A DNA stretch of 64,000 nt from Octopus vulgaris (GCA_951406725.2 OX597824.1:25172001-25236000), one strand, 5' to 3'; shown: positions 13,431-25,745, counted from the first letter of the stretch. Notes: generated by a model not told the origin, from the letters alone. A program made the numbers and translations.

Positions 13431-13654
13431 GTTTTTTCCTTCTTTCTTCAAATTTTCTTCCGTTTCTCGCCGAGTGTTTTCCATACACCTAGGGCAGAGA
13501 AGGGCATTGTATATATTCCCAGATTACACGCACAAATTCACAGATAAAATATGTATTTAAAAATTAATAAATAAATAAATTCATCGATGGATGTTATTTT
13601 CACAGCGATAGTGCTCTTCTCAGTACATGAGCCGTTCTTATAATAATAATAATA

Positions 13655-13716
<62 letters not shown>

Positions 13717-14269
13717 CATTATTATTTTTATTACTATCATTCCTTCGTAACACAGTGTAGGTAAACGTGCACCGGAGTCTTTAGTCATCTGTCAAGTCGC
13801 AACAAAACCCCAGACTGATAATACTTTCCTTAAGATGTGCGCTGTGCCCAGTTAGGCTGCTTTTTGCAAGACACCAATCTTGCATGGGATTTCCAGTTGC
13901 CACTAGTATCATTTTTACATTATCCTCTCGTATTCCATTCAGTCTTGCCATTTCCACTTTCAATTCGCAGTACTTGGTGATTTTTAACCTCTTTACTCAC
14001 AACATCCATGTCATTTGGTGTGTCTACATCAATGATCTCACAGATTGATAAATATTGACGAAGATCTGCTTCAACATACCGGGACTCATATTATTATCGA
14101 TAATTTTAAATGCTATAGGTAGAGTGATATTGGTAATGATAATCATTGTGGTTATGGAGGCGACACAATGAAAGCACATTATTTATATATATATATATAT
14201 ATATACTTTGATAGGTTTCGGCCATTATTGGCCCAGGCCATGTCCAACTTAATACATGTCCAACTTAAT

Positions 14270-15103
14270 ACATGTGCACGTGTATATGCAAATAAAGAGA
14301 GGAAGGGAGAGATGGGATCTTAATAACAACTCACGTGGAAATTCCACGAACGACTCATGAAATCATGATACAACACAATAAGGAAAGAATTAACGGCAAG
14401 AATGAAGCGATAGCGATGGTGGTGAAGGTTTCCCGCCCGACACGTCCGAAACCACCCGCATCAGGGGCAGTGATCTGGCTTCGGACGGTCGTTATGTCGC
14501 AAAAGATCATATACACGGTGTGCGCAAAAACAGACATAAATCGACGAAGGAAGAGTACGATACACTTATTGAATGTCATGAAAGAGCAATGTTGGAAAGA
14601 GGTCGCGGAGTAGGCTTAGGCAGCTCAACTCTTTTCCCGACTCGATCTACTTTGGATGTTCACATGCTCTCGGCGCTAGTGTTGGGACATAATTTCCCTC
14701 TGTTAGACCCCTGTTTGGTCACGTAATAAATAGAGAAAATGACCTGTCTCGCGCATCACTCCAGCAAGCTACACTGTCGTTCGTGCTAACCACAAAAATT
14801 ACGCACGACAACAGCGCCAGACACATTTCACTTCTGAAAAAAACCTTCACGGCATTTCTCACTTTTCAATACTGCAGGGAATCTACGATATCATTGATAG
14901 AGAATATACTCACTCGTTCACCTGAGATTATATTACAGTGAATTTTGATATGCGCACCTGCACTCGGGTATAAACCCTCACGCGCACGCACGCGCTTACT
15001 CATTTTCTTTGCTACCCAGTCACTGACAGCACGTTTTGGCACGTAAAGCGACACCGATATTTAGACTAACTTGAATAAATATCCGTCCCGTATACACTTC
15101 AAT
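14270..15103. mobile_element. Unclassified, relatively GC-rich inserted sequence that truncates the SAMHD1-like pseudogene
   Basis: SAMHD1 homology ends abruptly at 15104 and base composition shifts. Mirror copy with internal deletions at ~1336-1890. No recognisable protein motif. Confidence 0.4.
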
Positions 15104-15363
15104 GATATTTGCAGATCGGGATCTTGCTGCCTAAGATGGCGAATCATTTTGCCAGCAAGATAACATGTCCCCAAACAATGCTCAAATCTGTTATGTGAAG
15201 CTGATGGATAAACGTAATAAACCAAACCTAATTGTTTGATATTACGTAATCTCTGGAATTGAACTGTATTGATAATATCTACACAGAGTGATGGGAGCTT
15301 CATAGCTCCATGAATAGCGTCCTGAATGACCTGATCCCAATATGTACTGCGTGAGTAGGACAT
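15104..15363 (-). pseudogene. SAMHD1: 3'-truncated SAMHD1-like gene (first ~87 codons)
   Basis: [46 protein letters not shown], then runs into foreign sequence and stops before the HD motif. Confidence 0.9.
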
Positions 15364-15864
15364 TATGAAATTATCAGGAGACTATCTAACTTACTTTCTA
15401 CTTGTTTTATATATTGCTGTTGTTGCTGTTGGTGGCCTCATTGTTGTTGTTGTACGTGTTGGTTATGAAATAAGGAGGGAAAATATGTATTATACAGACA
15501 TGTTCAGTACGATATTTCTAATATTTGATTCAAAAAGTTCTCGGTCGTAATGTGCCGATTACATCGAACCTAGTATTCAACTGCTACTTAATTGATCGAC
15601 CCCGAAAGGTTAAAAGGTAAAGTACATATTTTTGTTAGGGGGAAAAAAGGTAGAGTGGGAAGCCGGACTTACCCTTCACATCTTCCCGAAATCATTGGAC
15701 ACTTTTCTTTTATCGTTGAATAAATTACTGACCTTCTAATATTCCACGAAACACATTTTTTTTGTCCTGAAAACGGGGGTTTGATGTGTGGTGAAACACT
15801 CGGAAATTTCATCCTTCATCCCGTCTTCAAATCTTTTTTGCTGTTTCTTTCCATACCCATATTT

Positions 15865-16288
15865 CTTATTTCTTTATTTCCCAAAAGGGGCTAAACATAG
15901 AGGGGACAAACAAGGACAGACAAAGGGATTAAGTCGATTACATCTACAGGGATTAAGTCGATTACTGTTACAATGCGTAACTGGTACTTAATTTATCGAC
16001 CACGAAAGGATGAAAGGCAAAGTCGACCTTAGTGAAATTTGAACTCAGAACGTAGCGACAGACGAAATACCTATTTCTTTACTCCCCACAAGAGGCTAAG
16101 CACAGAAGGGACAAACAAGGACAGACAAACGGATTAAGTCGATTACATCGATCCCAGTGCGTAACTGGTACTTAATTTATCGACCCGGAAAGGATGAAAA
16201 ACGAAGTCGACCTCGGCAGAATTTGAACTCAGAACGCAACGGCTACACATTTCGCCCGGCGTGCTAACGCTTCAGCCAGCTCGCCGCC
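15865..16288 (-). mobile_element. SINE family 3 (GGCGGCGAGCTGG head, GGTCGATAAATTAAGTACCAG central domain), two tandem copies
   Basis: Two repeated bodies. Homologous to 60954-61190 and to degenerate copies at 20160-20565. Confidence 0.75.
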
Positions 16289-17591
16289 TTATCCATATTT
16301 CTAGATAACATTTTTGCAGAAATACATTTTCGAGAGTGCGGATTACATTAGATTGAAAATTCAAGCAAGTTTGAAAGAATAAGTGAGAAAGCCGAAGTTA
16401 CAGCAATTAGTGGTAACGAGCCTGGGCTGGAGAGATAACGAATGAAAGAAAATTCATGTAAAGAAACACTAGATATTGTGTGTGTGTATGTGTGTGTGTG
16501 AAACAATTAAAAGTATAATATTAAAACAAAATATCTTTTTTATATCTCTTAAAAATCACTGGATGTATTAATCCCAGATTGCAGAATAGATTTGAAAAAC
16601 AAATACACTTACCTCTTGCAATTGTTGGCGCCGAAACTCTAACGGGGTAAGTAATGCGTTTCATCTTTATGTGTGGGGAGAGAGTGAGTGAGAGAGACAG
16701 AGAAACAGACAGAGAGAGAGACAGTGTATAATGATATGATTACGGATTTTTGTAGCAAATCACCCTTGATTTTTCTGTGTGTATGTTTGTGTTGCAAAAA
16801 GAAGTCATATGATTTAAAAGTAAGGTAATATATGTTAAATTTTAAATAAATCGAAGACTTTTCGTAACCAGAATATATTTCGTGGGAAAACAAATAAATA
16901 TAAAACAATGATTGATTTTGAAAAAAAATTTTATTCTTTCATTCATTCTAACCTTTGAATACTTGAAAACTTTCAATATATTTTTAAAATACAAAAATCC
17001 TAAACAAAAAATCACGGTGTTTGTCATATATTTCTAACGTGACTTAATGAGTAGGTATAATTTAAAAGCAAAGAATTATATATTTTTTTATAAATCTAAG
17101 ACATTTAGTTATAGGAAAATATTTCCTATTAAAAATACGTTTAATTTACAAAAAGATTATCGTTCGTTTAGAAATGTCCTTTGAATTTTTCAGTAGTTTC
17201 AATATATTTCTTTCCTTTTCTAGCTTTTACCAAATCTTAAGCAAAATTCCTTTACTTCCTCGTATACATTTCTAACGTTGCATTATAAAATCATATATTT
17301 CAAATTAAAACAAAAAAAGTGAAAATTTAAAACCTTTGAAAAGATTTGGTTAAAAGAAAATATTTTTTAGTGAAAACAAAAATGTTAATTTCTATATGGT
17401 TATTTCTAACATTGGAATAGCTCAGTAGTTTGGATATAGTTTTATTATTTTTATCTTTCAGAATGTCTTAGTTCTTATTTCACACATCCGTTTCTTCTTT
17501 GTTTCGTCATATTCGATCTGATTGTTTTGTTATTGCTTTTTCTCAAGATTCTTTCTTATCTGTTATTTTTTTCATTATTTATTATTCATTT

Positions 17592-18833
17592 TTAAAAATC
17601 ACTTTCTTTTTTCTTCTTACTTCCTTCATTTTTGTTATTCACTTTCTTTTCAAAACAATGACGGATTTTCAAATGAAATGTATTTGGCAGCAAAAGCCTG
17701 TCTTCTAATTCTTCTTGATTATATTTGAAGGATTTCTTCTCACCTTTTTTATAAAATGGTATTTTCTCTAATGGGTTTTCCTCTCCAGCTCCATAATCCA
17801 AATTGGCTTCACAGAATATTTTCTCTTGGTCTCCGTCTCGGTTATTTCCATCTTTGTCTGTACCTCTGTATTTATAACACCGGTAAAACATACTCTCCAA
17901 TTTGCTCTGAGCTTCTTTGAGACCTTCATTATTCTCATTCTTTAATATCTCCTCCAAAATACTATCTGTAAAATAAGTAAATTTCTTCATATCGTCGACC
18001 TTTTCGAAAATTTTCATGTGTTTATCTGCGGATCTGAAGGCCTCGCCAAGTAGTTTATTAAACAGAAGAACAGTTTTGTGTTGGTAAGCTGCTTTATGTA
18101 ATCGATATCGGGAATAAAACATATCATAGAAATTATCAACAGTTTTGTCTCTGTAGCATATTTCACCATCTATTACTTTGGACATTTTCATCATTCTTCC
18201 GTGATCAAAGGATTTTCCAATGCCAAGAAAATGGGAATCCCTTGCCAGGTAATCCCATTGATTAACGTCGATTTTATAGCCTGTATTGTTGACAATTTGG
18301 TAAAAGAATTTTGGCTTCTGAGAATTTCTTGTTTCACCAATTATAATATCTTTTATGAAATCAATCTCATCAGACTTCAGTTCTTCGTTAATATGTGGGT
18401 TTTTTTCAAGAAGATGATCCAGCATTTTGCACGTTGCATTTTTATTTTCCCACTTTTCACCTCCATTTTCCTCTCGATGTTGGTTGATAATTTTTTGAAA
18501 GGTGTAAGAGAAGGGACCATGTCCTAAATTATGACACAAAGCAGCAATTTCAACACAAAGCATATCTCGATCAGATATTGGCAGATCGGGATCTTGCTGC
18601 TTAAGATGGCGAATCATTTTGCCAGCAAGATGACATGTCCCCAAACAATGCTCAAATCTGTTATGTGAAGCTGATGGATAAACGTAATAAACCAAACCTA
18701 ATTGTTTGATATTACGCAATCTCTGGAATTGTGTTGTATTCATAATATCTACACAGAGTGATGGGAGCTGCATAGCTCCATGAATAGCGTCCTGAAAAAC
18801 CTGATCCCAATATGTACTGCGTGAATAGGACAT
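17592..18833 (-). CDS. SAMHD1: Intronless SAMHD1-like HD-domain protein, 413 aa, no SAM domain, catalytic residues substituted
   Basis: [51 protein letters not shown] and HKAAYQHK align with the SAMHD1 HD domain. Uninterrupted ORF. Confidence 0.92.
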   Translation of the reverse strand: MSYSRSTYWDQVFQDAIHGAMQLPSLCVDIMNTTQFQRLRNIKQLGLVYYVYPSASHNRFEHCLGTCHLAGKMIRHLKQQDPDLPISDRDMLCVEIAALCHNLGHGPFSYTFQKIINQHREENGGEKWENKNATCKMLDHLLEKNPHINEELKSDEIDFIKDIIIGETRNSQKPKFFYQIVNNTGYKIDVNQWDYLARDSHFLGIGKSFDHGRMMKMSKVIDGEICYRDKTVDNFYDMFYSRYRLHKAAYQHKTVLLFNKLLGEAFRSADKHMKIFEKVDDMKKFTYFTDSILEEILKNENNEGLKEAQSKLESMFYRCYKYRGTDKDGNNRDGDQEKIFCEANLDYGAGEENPLEKIPFYKKGEKKSFKYNQEELEDRLLLPNTFHLKIRHCFEKKVNNKNEGSKKKKESDF

Positions 18834-19110
18834 TATGAAATTATCAGAAAAGTATCTAACTTACTTTTTAGTTGCTTTTTATATTGCAATTTCCTTGCTG
18901 CTGGCCTCGTTGTCGTTATGTGAGTTGGTTTTGAAATATGGAGAAAAAATAACAATTATACAGACGTGTTCAGTACGATATTTCTAACATTTGATTCGAA
19001 AAGATCTCAGTTCCATTGGCATTTAGACGTCTGATGTCAGAAATAATACAAGCGATCCAAAAGTGATCCGTGGTCGATAGCAACACAAGAAAATAAACAG
19101 TGTTGCTATC
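18834..19110 (-). promoter_or_regulatory. Conserved upstream block (putative promoter/5' UTR) with TATA-like ATATAAAA ~50 bp before ATG
   Basis: The same ~200-280 bp lies upstream of all four ATG-bearing copies (15364.., 18834.., 24324.., ..29020). AAAAGTAAGTTAGATA is invariant. Confidence 0.45.
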
Positions 19111-19389
19111 TCAAAAGTTGGCTCAATTATATACCCAACGCCCTAACACCAGCACCACATCTCTTTCCAAGAAAAGTACTGCTGCTGCTGCTGTTTCCAC
19201 TACTACTACTACCGCCACCACCACCACCACCACCACCACCTCCACCACCACCACCACCTCCACCACCACCACCACCACCACCACCACCACCACCACCACC
19301 ACCACTTGCTGCTCCTTTGAAACAACAGTAAGACTTGCGTGCTGTTTTTGAAATTGAAAGTGAAATTTGTACGCTGCTGCTGCTAGTAC

Positions 19390-20040
19390 TACTACTAATA
19401 TTTGCGCAGTTTATATCCCAAGTCAGAAACTGAAAATGCTATCAATAGCAATTCACGATCAATCTCTACTCATAAACAGTTAAGAAAGCTATCTGCACAA
19501 TGCGCTGAATCAAATTGTAGAGTATGTCATAATAACCTACAGTATTTAAGCTACCGACAACATTGTGGTTGTCCACTCTTACGACGTAATACCCGAGTAC
19601 AAAACTGAACATGACTAAATAGGTTCGTACCTACATTAAAAAAAAAAACTGTCGTCTTCATGACATTCTCCTGCCTAAAAACTGTTAAGAACACCACCCG
19701 AAACCAGTTACAGAACGTAACAGAGTTACTGTTGTGTTGGACTGATACTAGCTCACCTGACATTATTATCAAACATCACCGATAAAATGCTTGCCATCTA
19801 GTATTACCAGCTGATCAGTCAAAAAATTCGAGAAGTTTGCTAAATACAGTGACCTATAGAATTAACAGAATGTGGAAACCGAATAGATATTCTAACGGTA
19901 GTAGTAAGACACTAGGTATTGCAGAAAAATTAGGGTCTTTAGTCTGCATCTATAAAATATCTGAAAAATTAAATATACACAATGTCCTAAATATGGCACT
20001 AACCTCAAAACCTCAACAGCTCATCTCTTGAGAAAATTAC
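19390..20040 (+). mobile_element. Old, degenerate R4/Dong-like LINE fragment
   Basis: LYPKSETENAI..SNCRVCHNN..HCGCPLL resembles the LKAETE..CRIC..H..GCPVL region. Homologous inverted copy at ~28050-28430. Confidence 0.55.
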
Positions 20041-20159
20041 AATCGTTATAACATAGCTACTAGTCTTAGATCTCAGATAGAGAACAGGCTAATAGCTAAA
20101 AGCCTCGATATCAGGTTCAAATTATAGAATAAAATAATAAGGGTTTCAACTTTTGACAC

Positions 20160-20565
20160 ACCGCCAGCAATTAATTTGGAGAAGTGTAAGGTAATTACAT
20201 CCACTGGTGTGCTCGGCTGGTACTTTATCGATCCCGAAAAGATGAACTGCAAATTAACCTCGGTGTAATTTGAACTCATAACGTAAAATCACACGAAACG
20301 CCGCTAAGCATTTTGCACAGCGCGTTAACTATTCTCCAGGTTTGCCGGCTTAATGATATTCCGTTCTGCTATAGGCTCAAGGCCTAGAATTTCTTGGATA
20401 GTCGGTTACATCGATCCAGTACTAGACTGGTATTTAATTTATGAACCCCGAAATGATAAAGGGCAAAGATAACCACTGGGGAATTTGAACTGAAAACGTA
20501 AAGATGAATGAAATGCCGCTTAGCCTTTTACCCGGCGTGCTAACGATGATGCCAGCCACCGTCTT
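20160..20565 (-). mobile_element. Two degenerate SINE family 3 copies
   Basis: CTGGTACTTTATCGATCCCGAAAAGATGAA...ATTTGAACTC motif repeated twice. Confidence 0.6.
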
Positions 20566-20658
20566 AAGAATAATAATAATGATGATGATGATGACGATGA
20601 TAATAATAATAATAATAGCAATAACAATATTAATGATATTAAGGATAATAATAATAAC

Positions 20659-20701
<43 letters not shown>

Positions 20702-21269
20702 GTTATAGTAACAATAATAATAATAATAATTATTATTATTTATATATAATAAATATTATTATAAAAAAAAATTTTTTTTTAAATTAAAAAAACCCTTTTT
20801 TTTAGGCATTCATTAGTACAACCCCCCCCCAATATATGGCACACTAGGCATAACAACAACATGAACTTCCAACCCTGTTGTCTCTTGAGGTCTCTGGGTG
20901 AGACTTGGAGCCAACTTGTACAAATATAAAGCAAAAGTCAAACATAGAATAATAATAATAATAATAATAATAATTAATAATAATAATAATAATGGATTGA
21001 AATTTTTCCACTAGGTTAGCCATTTTTGGAGAGGGAATGTGTCGATTACAAGAAACCTCGTTTTCAACTGTTAGTTAATTGATCGCCCCCACACCTCGTA
21101 TCAACCCGGAATCATTGGAAATTTTAAATTTCTTTCGTTGAATAAATTACAGTGACCTTCAAAGATGCCACAATATATTTTTTTTTTGTCCGGAAAATGT
21201 GGGAGAAAGGTGGGGTGGGGTGGAGCACTCGCCCTCGCACCATCTTCAAATACTTTCGCTGTTTCTTTA

Positions 21270-21691
21270 CTTACTCTTTACTCTTTTACTTGTTTCAGTC
21301 ATTTGACTGCGACCATGCTGGAGCACCGCCTTTAGTCGAGCAACTCGACCTCGGGACTTATTCTTTGTAAGCCCAGTACTTTTTCTATCGGTCTCTTTTG
21401 CCGAACCGCTAAGTAACGGGGACGTAAACACACCAGCATCGTTTGTCAAGCAATGCTAGGGGGACAAACACAGACACACAAACACACACACACACACACT
21501 TATATATATATATATATATACATATATACGACAGGCTTCTTTCAGTTTCCGTCTACCAAATCCACTCACAAGGCATAGGTCGGCCCGGGGCTATAGCAGA
21601 AGACACTTGCCCAAGATGCCACGCAGTGGGACTGAACCCGCAACCATGTGGTTGGTTATCAAGCTACTTACCACACAGCCACTCCTGCGCC
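21270..21691 (-). mobile_element. SINE family 1 copy
   Basis: Reverse complement of 3931-4346. Confidence 0.85.
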
Positions 21692-22084
21692 TTACCCATA
21701 TTTTTATATAACATTTTGCAGAAATATATTTTTCAGAGTGCGGATTACATTAGACTGAAAATTCAAAGAAGTTTGAAAAGAATAAGTGGAAAAGCTGAAG
21801 TAATAGAAATTACTAGTAACGTAGCTTGGGCTGGAGAGATAAGGAATGACAGAAAATTCATGAAAAGAAACGCTAGTGTTTGTATTTGTGTGTGTGTGTG
21901 TATGTGTGTGTGAAACAATTAAAAGAATAATATTAAACTAAATATCCGTTTAATACCTCTTAAAATTTCTGGGCATATCAAACCCAGATTGCAAAATAGA
22001 TTTGAAAAACAAATACACTTTCCCCTTGAAACTTTTTGGCGCCGAAACTTGAACCGAGTAAGTAATGCGTTTCATTTTTCTGTG

Positions 22085-22120
<36 letters not shown>

Positions 22121-23081
22121 CAGATACAGAGACAGAGAGAGGGAGAAAAGGCGCCTTTTCTATGTATGTGTGTTTGTGTATGTTAATCTATGTGAATCTG
22201 TGAGAGTTTATGTGTATGTGTATGACAACCAAATCTGAAACAAAATTTCTCTACTTCTCAAATATGCATTTTCACATTAAACAATGAAGTTATTTGTTTT
22301 AAAAGTAAGGATATATATGTTAAAAATTTTTTAAAATCGAAGATGTTTGCTAAACAGAAGATATTTCTCGAGAAAGCAAATAAATAAAAATAAAACAATG
22401 ATTGATTTAGAAAAAAATTATTATTCTTTTATTCATTCTAACCTTTGAAAACTTGAAAAGTTTCAATATATTTTTAGAATATTAAACTTTTACAAAAATC
22501 CAAAACAAAAAATCACGGTATTTGTCATATATTTCTAACGTGACCCAATGAGTAGGTATAATTTAAAAGCAAAGAATTATATGTTTTTTTATAAATCTAA
22601 GACATTTAGTTATAGGAAAATATCTTATATTAAAAATACGTTTAATTTACAAAAAGATTATCGTTCGTTTAGAAATGTCCTTTGAATTTTTCAGTAGTTT
22701 CAATATATTTCTTTCCTTTTCTAGCTTTTACCAAATCTTGAACAAAATTCCTTTACTTCCTCATATACATTTCTAACGTTGCGTTATAAAATTACATGTT
22801 TCAAATTAAAACAAAAATTGGAAAATTGAAAAGATTTGGTTAAAAGAAAATATTTTCTAGTGAAAACAAAAATGTTAATTTCTATATGGTTATTTCTGAC
22901 CTTGGAACCTGTCAATAGTTTCGATATACTTGTATTATTTTTATCTTTCAGAATGTCTTAGTTCTTATTTCACACATCCGTTTCTTCTTTGTTTCGTCAT
23001 ATTCGATCTGATTGTTTTGTTATTGCTTTTTCTCAAGATTCTTTCTTATCTGTTATTTTTTTCATTATTTATTGTTCGTTT

Positions 23082-24323
23082 TTAAAAATCACTTTCTTTT
23101 TTCTTCTTACTTCCTTCATTTTTGTTATTCACTTTCTTTTCAAAACAATGACGGATTTTCAAATGAAATTTTTTTGGCAGCAAAAGCCTGTCTTCTAATC
23201 CCTTTTGATTATACTTGAAGGATTTCTTCTCACCTTTTTTATAAAATGGTATTTTCTCCAATGGGTTTTCCTCTCCAGCTCCATAATCCAAATTGGCTTC
23301 ACAGAATATTTTCTCTTGGTCTCCGTCTCGGTTATTTCCATCTTTGTCTGTACCTCTGTATTTATAACACCGGTAAAACATACTCTCCAATTTGCTCTGA
23401 GCTTCTTTGAGACCTTCATTATTCTCATTCTTTAATATCTCCTCCAAAATACTATCTGTAAAATAAGTAAATTTCTTCATATCATCGACCTTTTCGAAAA
23501 TTTTCAGGTGTTTATCTGCGGATCTGAAGGCCTCGCCAAGTAGTTTATTAAACAAGAGAACAGTTTTGTGTTGGTAAGCTGCTTTATGTAATCGATATAG
23601 GGAATAAAACATATCATAGAAATTAACAAGAGTTTTGTCTCTGTAGCATATTTCACCATCAATTACTTTGGACGTTTTCAATATCCTTCCGTGATCAAAG
23701 GATTTTCCAATGCCAAGAAAATGGGAATCCCTTGCCAGGTAATCCCATTGATTAACGTCGATTTTATAGCCTGTATTGTTGACAATTTGGTAAAAGAATT
23801 TTGGCTTCTGAGAATTTCTTGTTTCACCAATTATAATATCTTTTATGAAATCAATCTCATCAGACTTAAGTTCTTCGTTAATATGTGGGTTTTTTTCAAG
23901 AAGATGATCCAGCATTTTGCACGTTGCATTTTTATTTTCCCACTTTTCACCTCCATTTTCCTCTCGATGTTGGTTGATAATTTTTTGAAAGGCGTAAGAG
24001 AAGGGACCATGTCCTAAATTATGACACAAAGCAGCAATTTCAACACAAAGCATATCTCGATCAGATATTGGCAGATCGGGATCTTGCTGCTTAAGATGGC
24101 GGATCATTTTGCCAGCAAGATGACATGTCCCTAAACAATGCTCAAATCTGTTATGTGAAGCTGATGGATAAACGTAATAAACCAAACCTAATTGTTTGAT
24201 ATTACGCAATCTCTGGAATTGAGTTGTATTCATAATATCTACACAGAGTGATGGGAGCGTCATAGATCCATGAATAGCGTCCTGAAAAACCTGATCCCAA
24301 TATGTACTGCGTGAGTAGGACAT
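23082..24323 (-). CDS. SAMHD1: Intronless SAMHD1-like HD-domain protein, 413 aa, catalytic residues substituted
   Basis: Very close paralogue of 17592-18833 with the same HN, SY, WENK and VNQW substitutions plus an R-to-L change in YSRY. Intact ORF. Confidence 0.92.
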   Translation of the reverse strand: MSYSRSTYWDQVFQDAIHGSMTLPSLCVDIMNTTQFQRLRNIKQLGLVYYVYPSASHNRFEHCLGTCHLAGKMIRHLKQQDPDLPISDRDMLCVEIAALCHNLGHGPFSYAFQKIINQHREENGGEKWENKNATCKMLDHLLEKNPHINEELKSDEIDFIKDIIIGETRNSQKPKFFYQIVNNTGYKIDVNQWDYLARDSHFLGIGKSFDHGRILKTSKVIDGEICYRDKTLVNFYDMFYSLYRLHKAAYQHKTVLLFNKLLGEAFRSADKHLKIFEKVDDMKKFTYFTDSILEEILKNENNEGLKEAQSKLESMFYRCYKYRGTDKDGNNRDGDQEKIFCEANLDYGAGEENPLEKIPFYKKGEKKSFKYNQKGLEDRLLLPKKFHLKIRHCFEKKVNNKNEGSKKKKESDF

Positions 24324-24659
24324 TATGAAATTATCAGGAAAGTATCTAACTTACTTTTTAGTTGTTTTATATATTGTTGTTGCTGCTGCTTGTGGCCTCG
24401 TTGTCGTTGTGCGTGTTGGTTTTGAAATATGGAGAAAAAATAACAATTATACAGACGTGTTCAGTACGATATTTCTAACATTTGATTCGAAAAGATCTCA
24501 GTTCCATTGGCATTTAGACGTCTGATGTCTGAAATAACATAAGTCATCAAAAAGTGTCTCCGTGGTTGATAGCAATACAAGAAAATAAACGGTGTTGCTA
24601 TATCAAATGATGGCTCAAAAATAAACACAACCTCCTCACACCACCACCACTTCACCACC

Positions 24660-24670
24660 ATAAAAAACAG

Positions 24671-24718
<48 letters not shown>

Positions 24719-24743
24719 CGCTACTACTACTACCACCACCACC

Positions 24744-24808
<65 letters not shown>

Positions 24809-24821
24809 CACTACCACCACC

Positions 24822-24861
<40 letters not shown>

Positions 24862-24932
24862 TTATTGCTGCTGATACTATTCTATAGTAAACCTTGAGTG
24901 CGGATGTGAAATTCAAAGTGAAAGTTATATGA

Positions 24933-24971
<39 letters not shown>

Positions 24972-25038
24972 CACTACTACTACTACTACTACCACTACCA
25001 CCACCACCACCACCACCACCACCACCACCACCACCACC

Positions 25039-25101
<63 letters not shown>

Positions 25102-25130
25102 TCTTCTTCTTCTTCTTCTTCTACTGCTAC
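24660..25130. repeat. Compound (TAC/CAC/TTC)n trinucleotide microsatellite
   Basis: Directly visible. Related tracts at 19200-19305, 27955-28020 and 28435-28592. Confidence 0.95.
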
Positions 25131-25134
25131 TATT

Positions 25135-25745
25135 CGAGGAATTCAATTTGTGGATAACCTATGGTATTCCTATCTGCTGGTCTATCACATACCCTATCTA
25201 GATATGATATGGATCTCTCGACACAATTTCCCCATGTCCACACTGGAGTATTCGGGAAATCGAATCTGAACCTGTCCGCCAGCTTGAAACGACTGCGCAG
25301 GTTTGCGAAGCTTGCGCACCCTACATTCCCATCCACTATCCCCACCCAATCCAAATGTGCCTCCAATATAGCATTCCAATCGCCCACTAACACTAAAGAG
25401 CGAGTCGTTCTTACAAAGGTCTGAAGAACGCCGGCTGCCCGACTCCAGTCGGTGAGTACACTGCGACCAGTCTAAAAGGACTGCCTTCGTTATCGTTCAT
25501 ATCCCGGACCAGCGTCTTATCTTCAGGATCCAGAAAGATCGACCGTATCTCGAGATCCTGGCCTTTTCTGAACGACACTGCCCCCTACCATTTCCAGTCG
25601 ACTAAGAGATGCGAAAATCTCGAAGTCATCGAAAATGGGATCCAAGGCCTATGTGCCCGCGATCCTGGTCTCACTGACGGCTATTACATCCAGGTTTAAC
25701 CACCTGTATGTTGCACGAGCGTCCTTGCTTCTACGACAACACCAG
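25135..25745 (-). mobile_element. L1/Tx1-type LINE AP-endonuclease fragment
   Basis: LVGDWNAIL...WTWGN...SYLDRV motifs of the APE domain. Locally higher GC. Confidence 0.75.

Larger units (their letters stand above)
15550..24700. repeat. Direct tandem duplication of the SAMHD1-like unit, period ~5.49 kb
   Basis: ~15550-19200 aligns with ~21030-24700, including non-coding flanks. The ORFs are offset by 5490 bp. Confidence 0.9.

Noticed and set aside
14239-14276. 17-bp direct duplication CATGTCCAACTTAATA
   Set aside because: Only two copies; ordinary slippage.
18201-18527. Conserved antisense 108-aa ORF (also 23691-24017) and short ORFs over the gene 3' ends
   Set aside because: Conservation is explained by the recent duplication of the sense gene; no independent motif.
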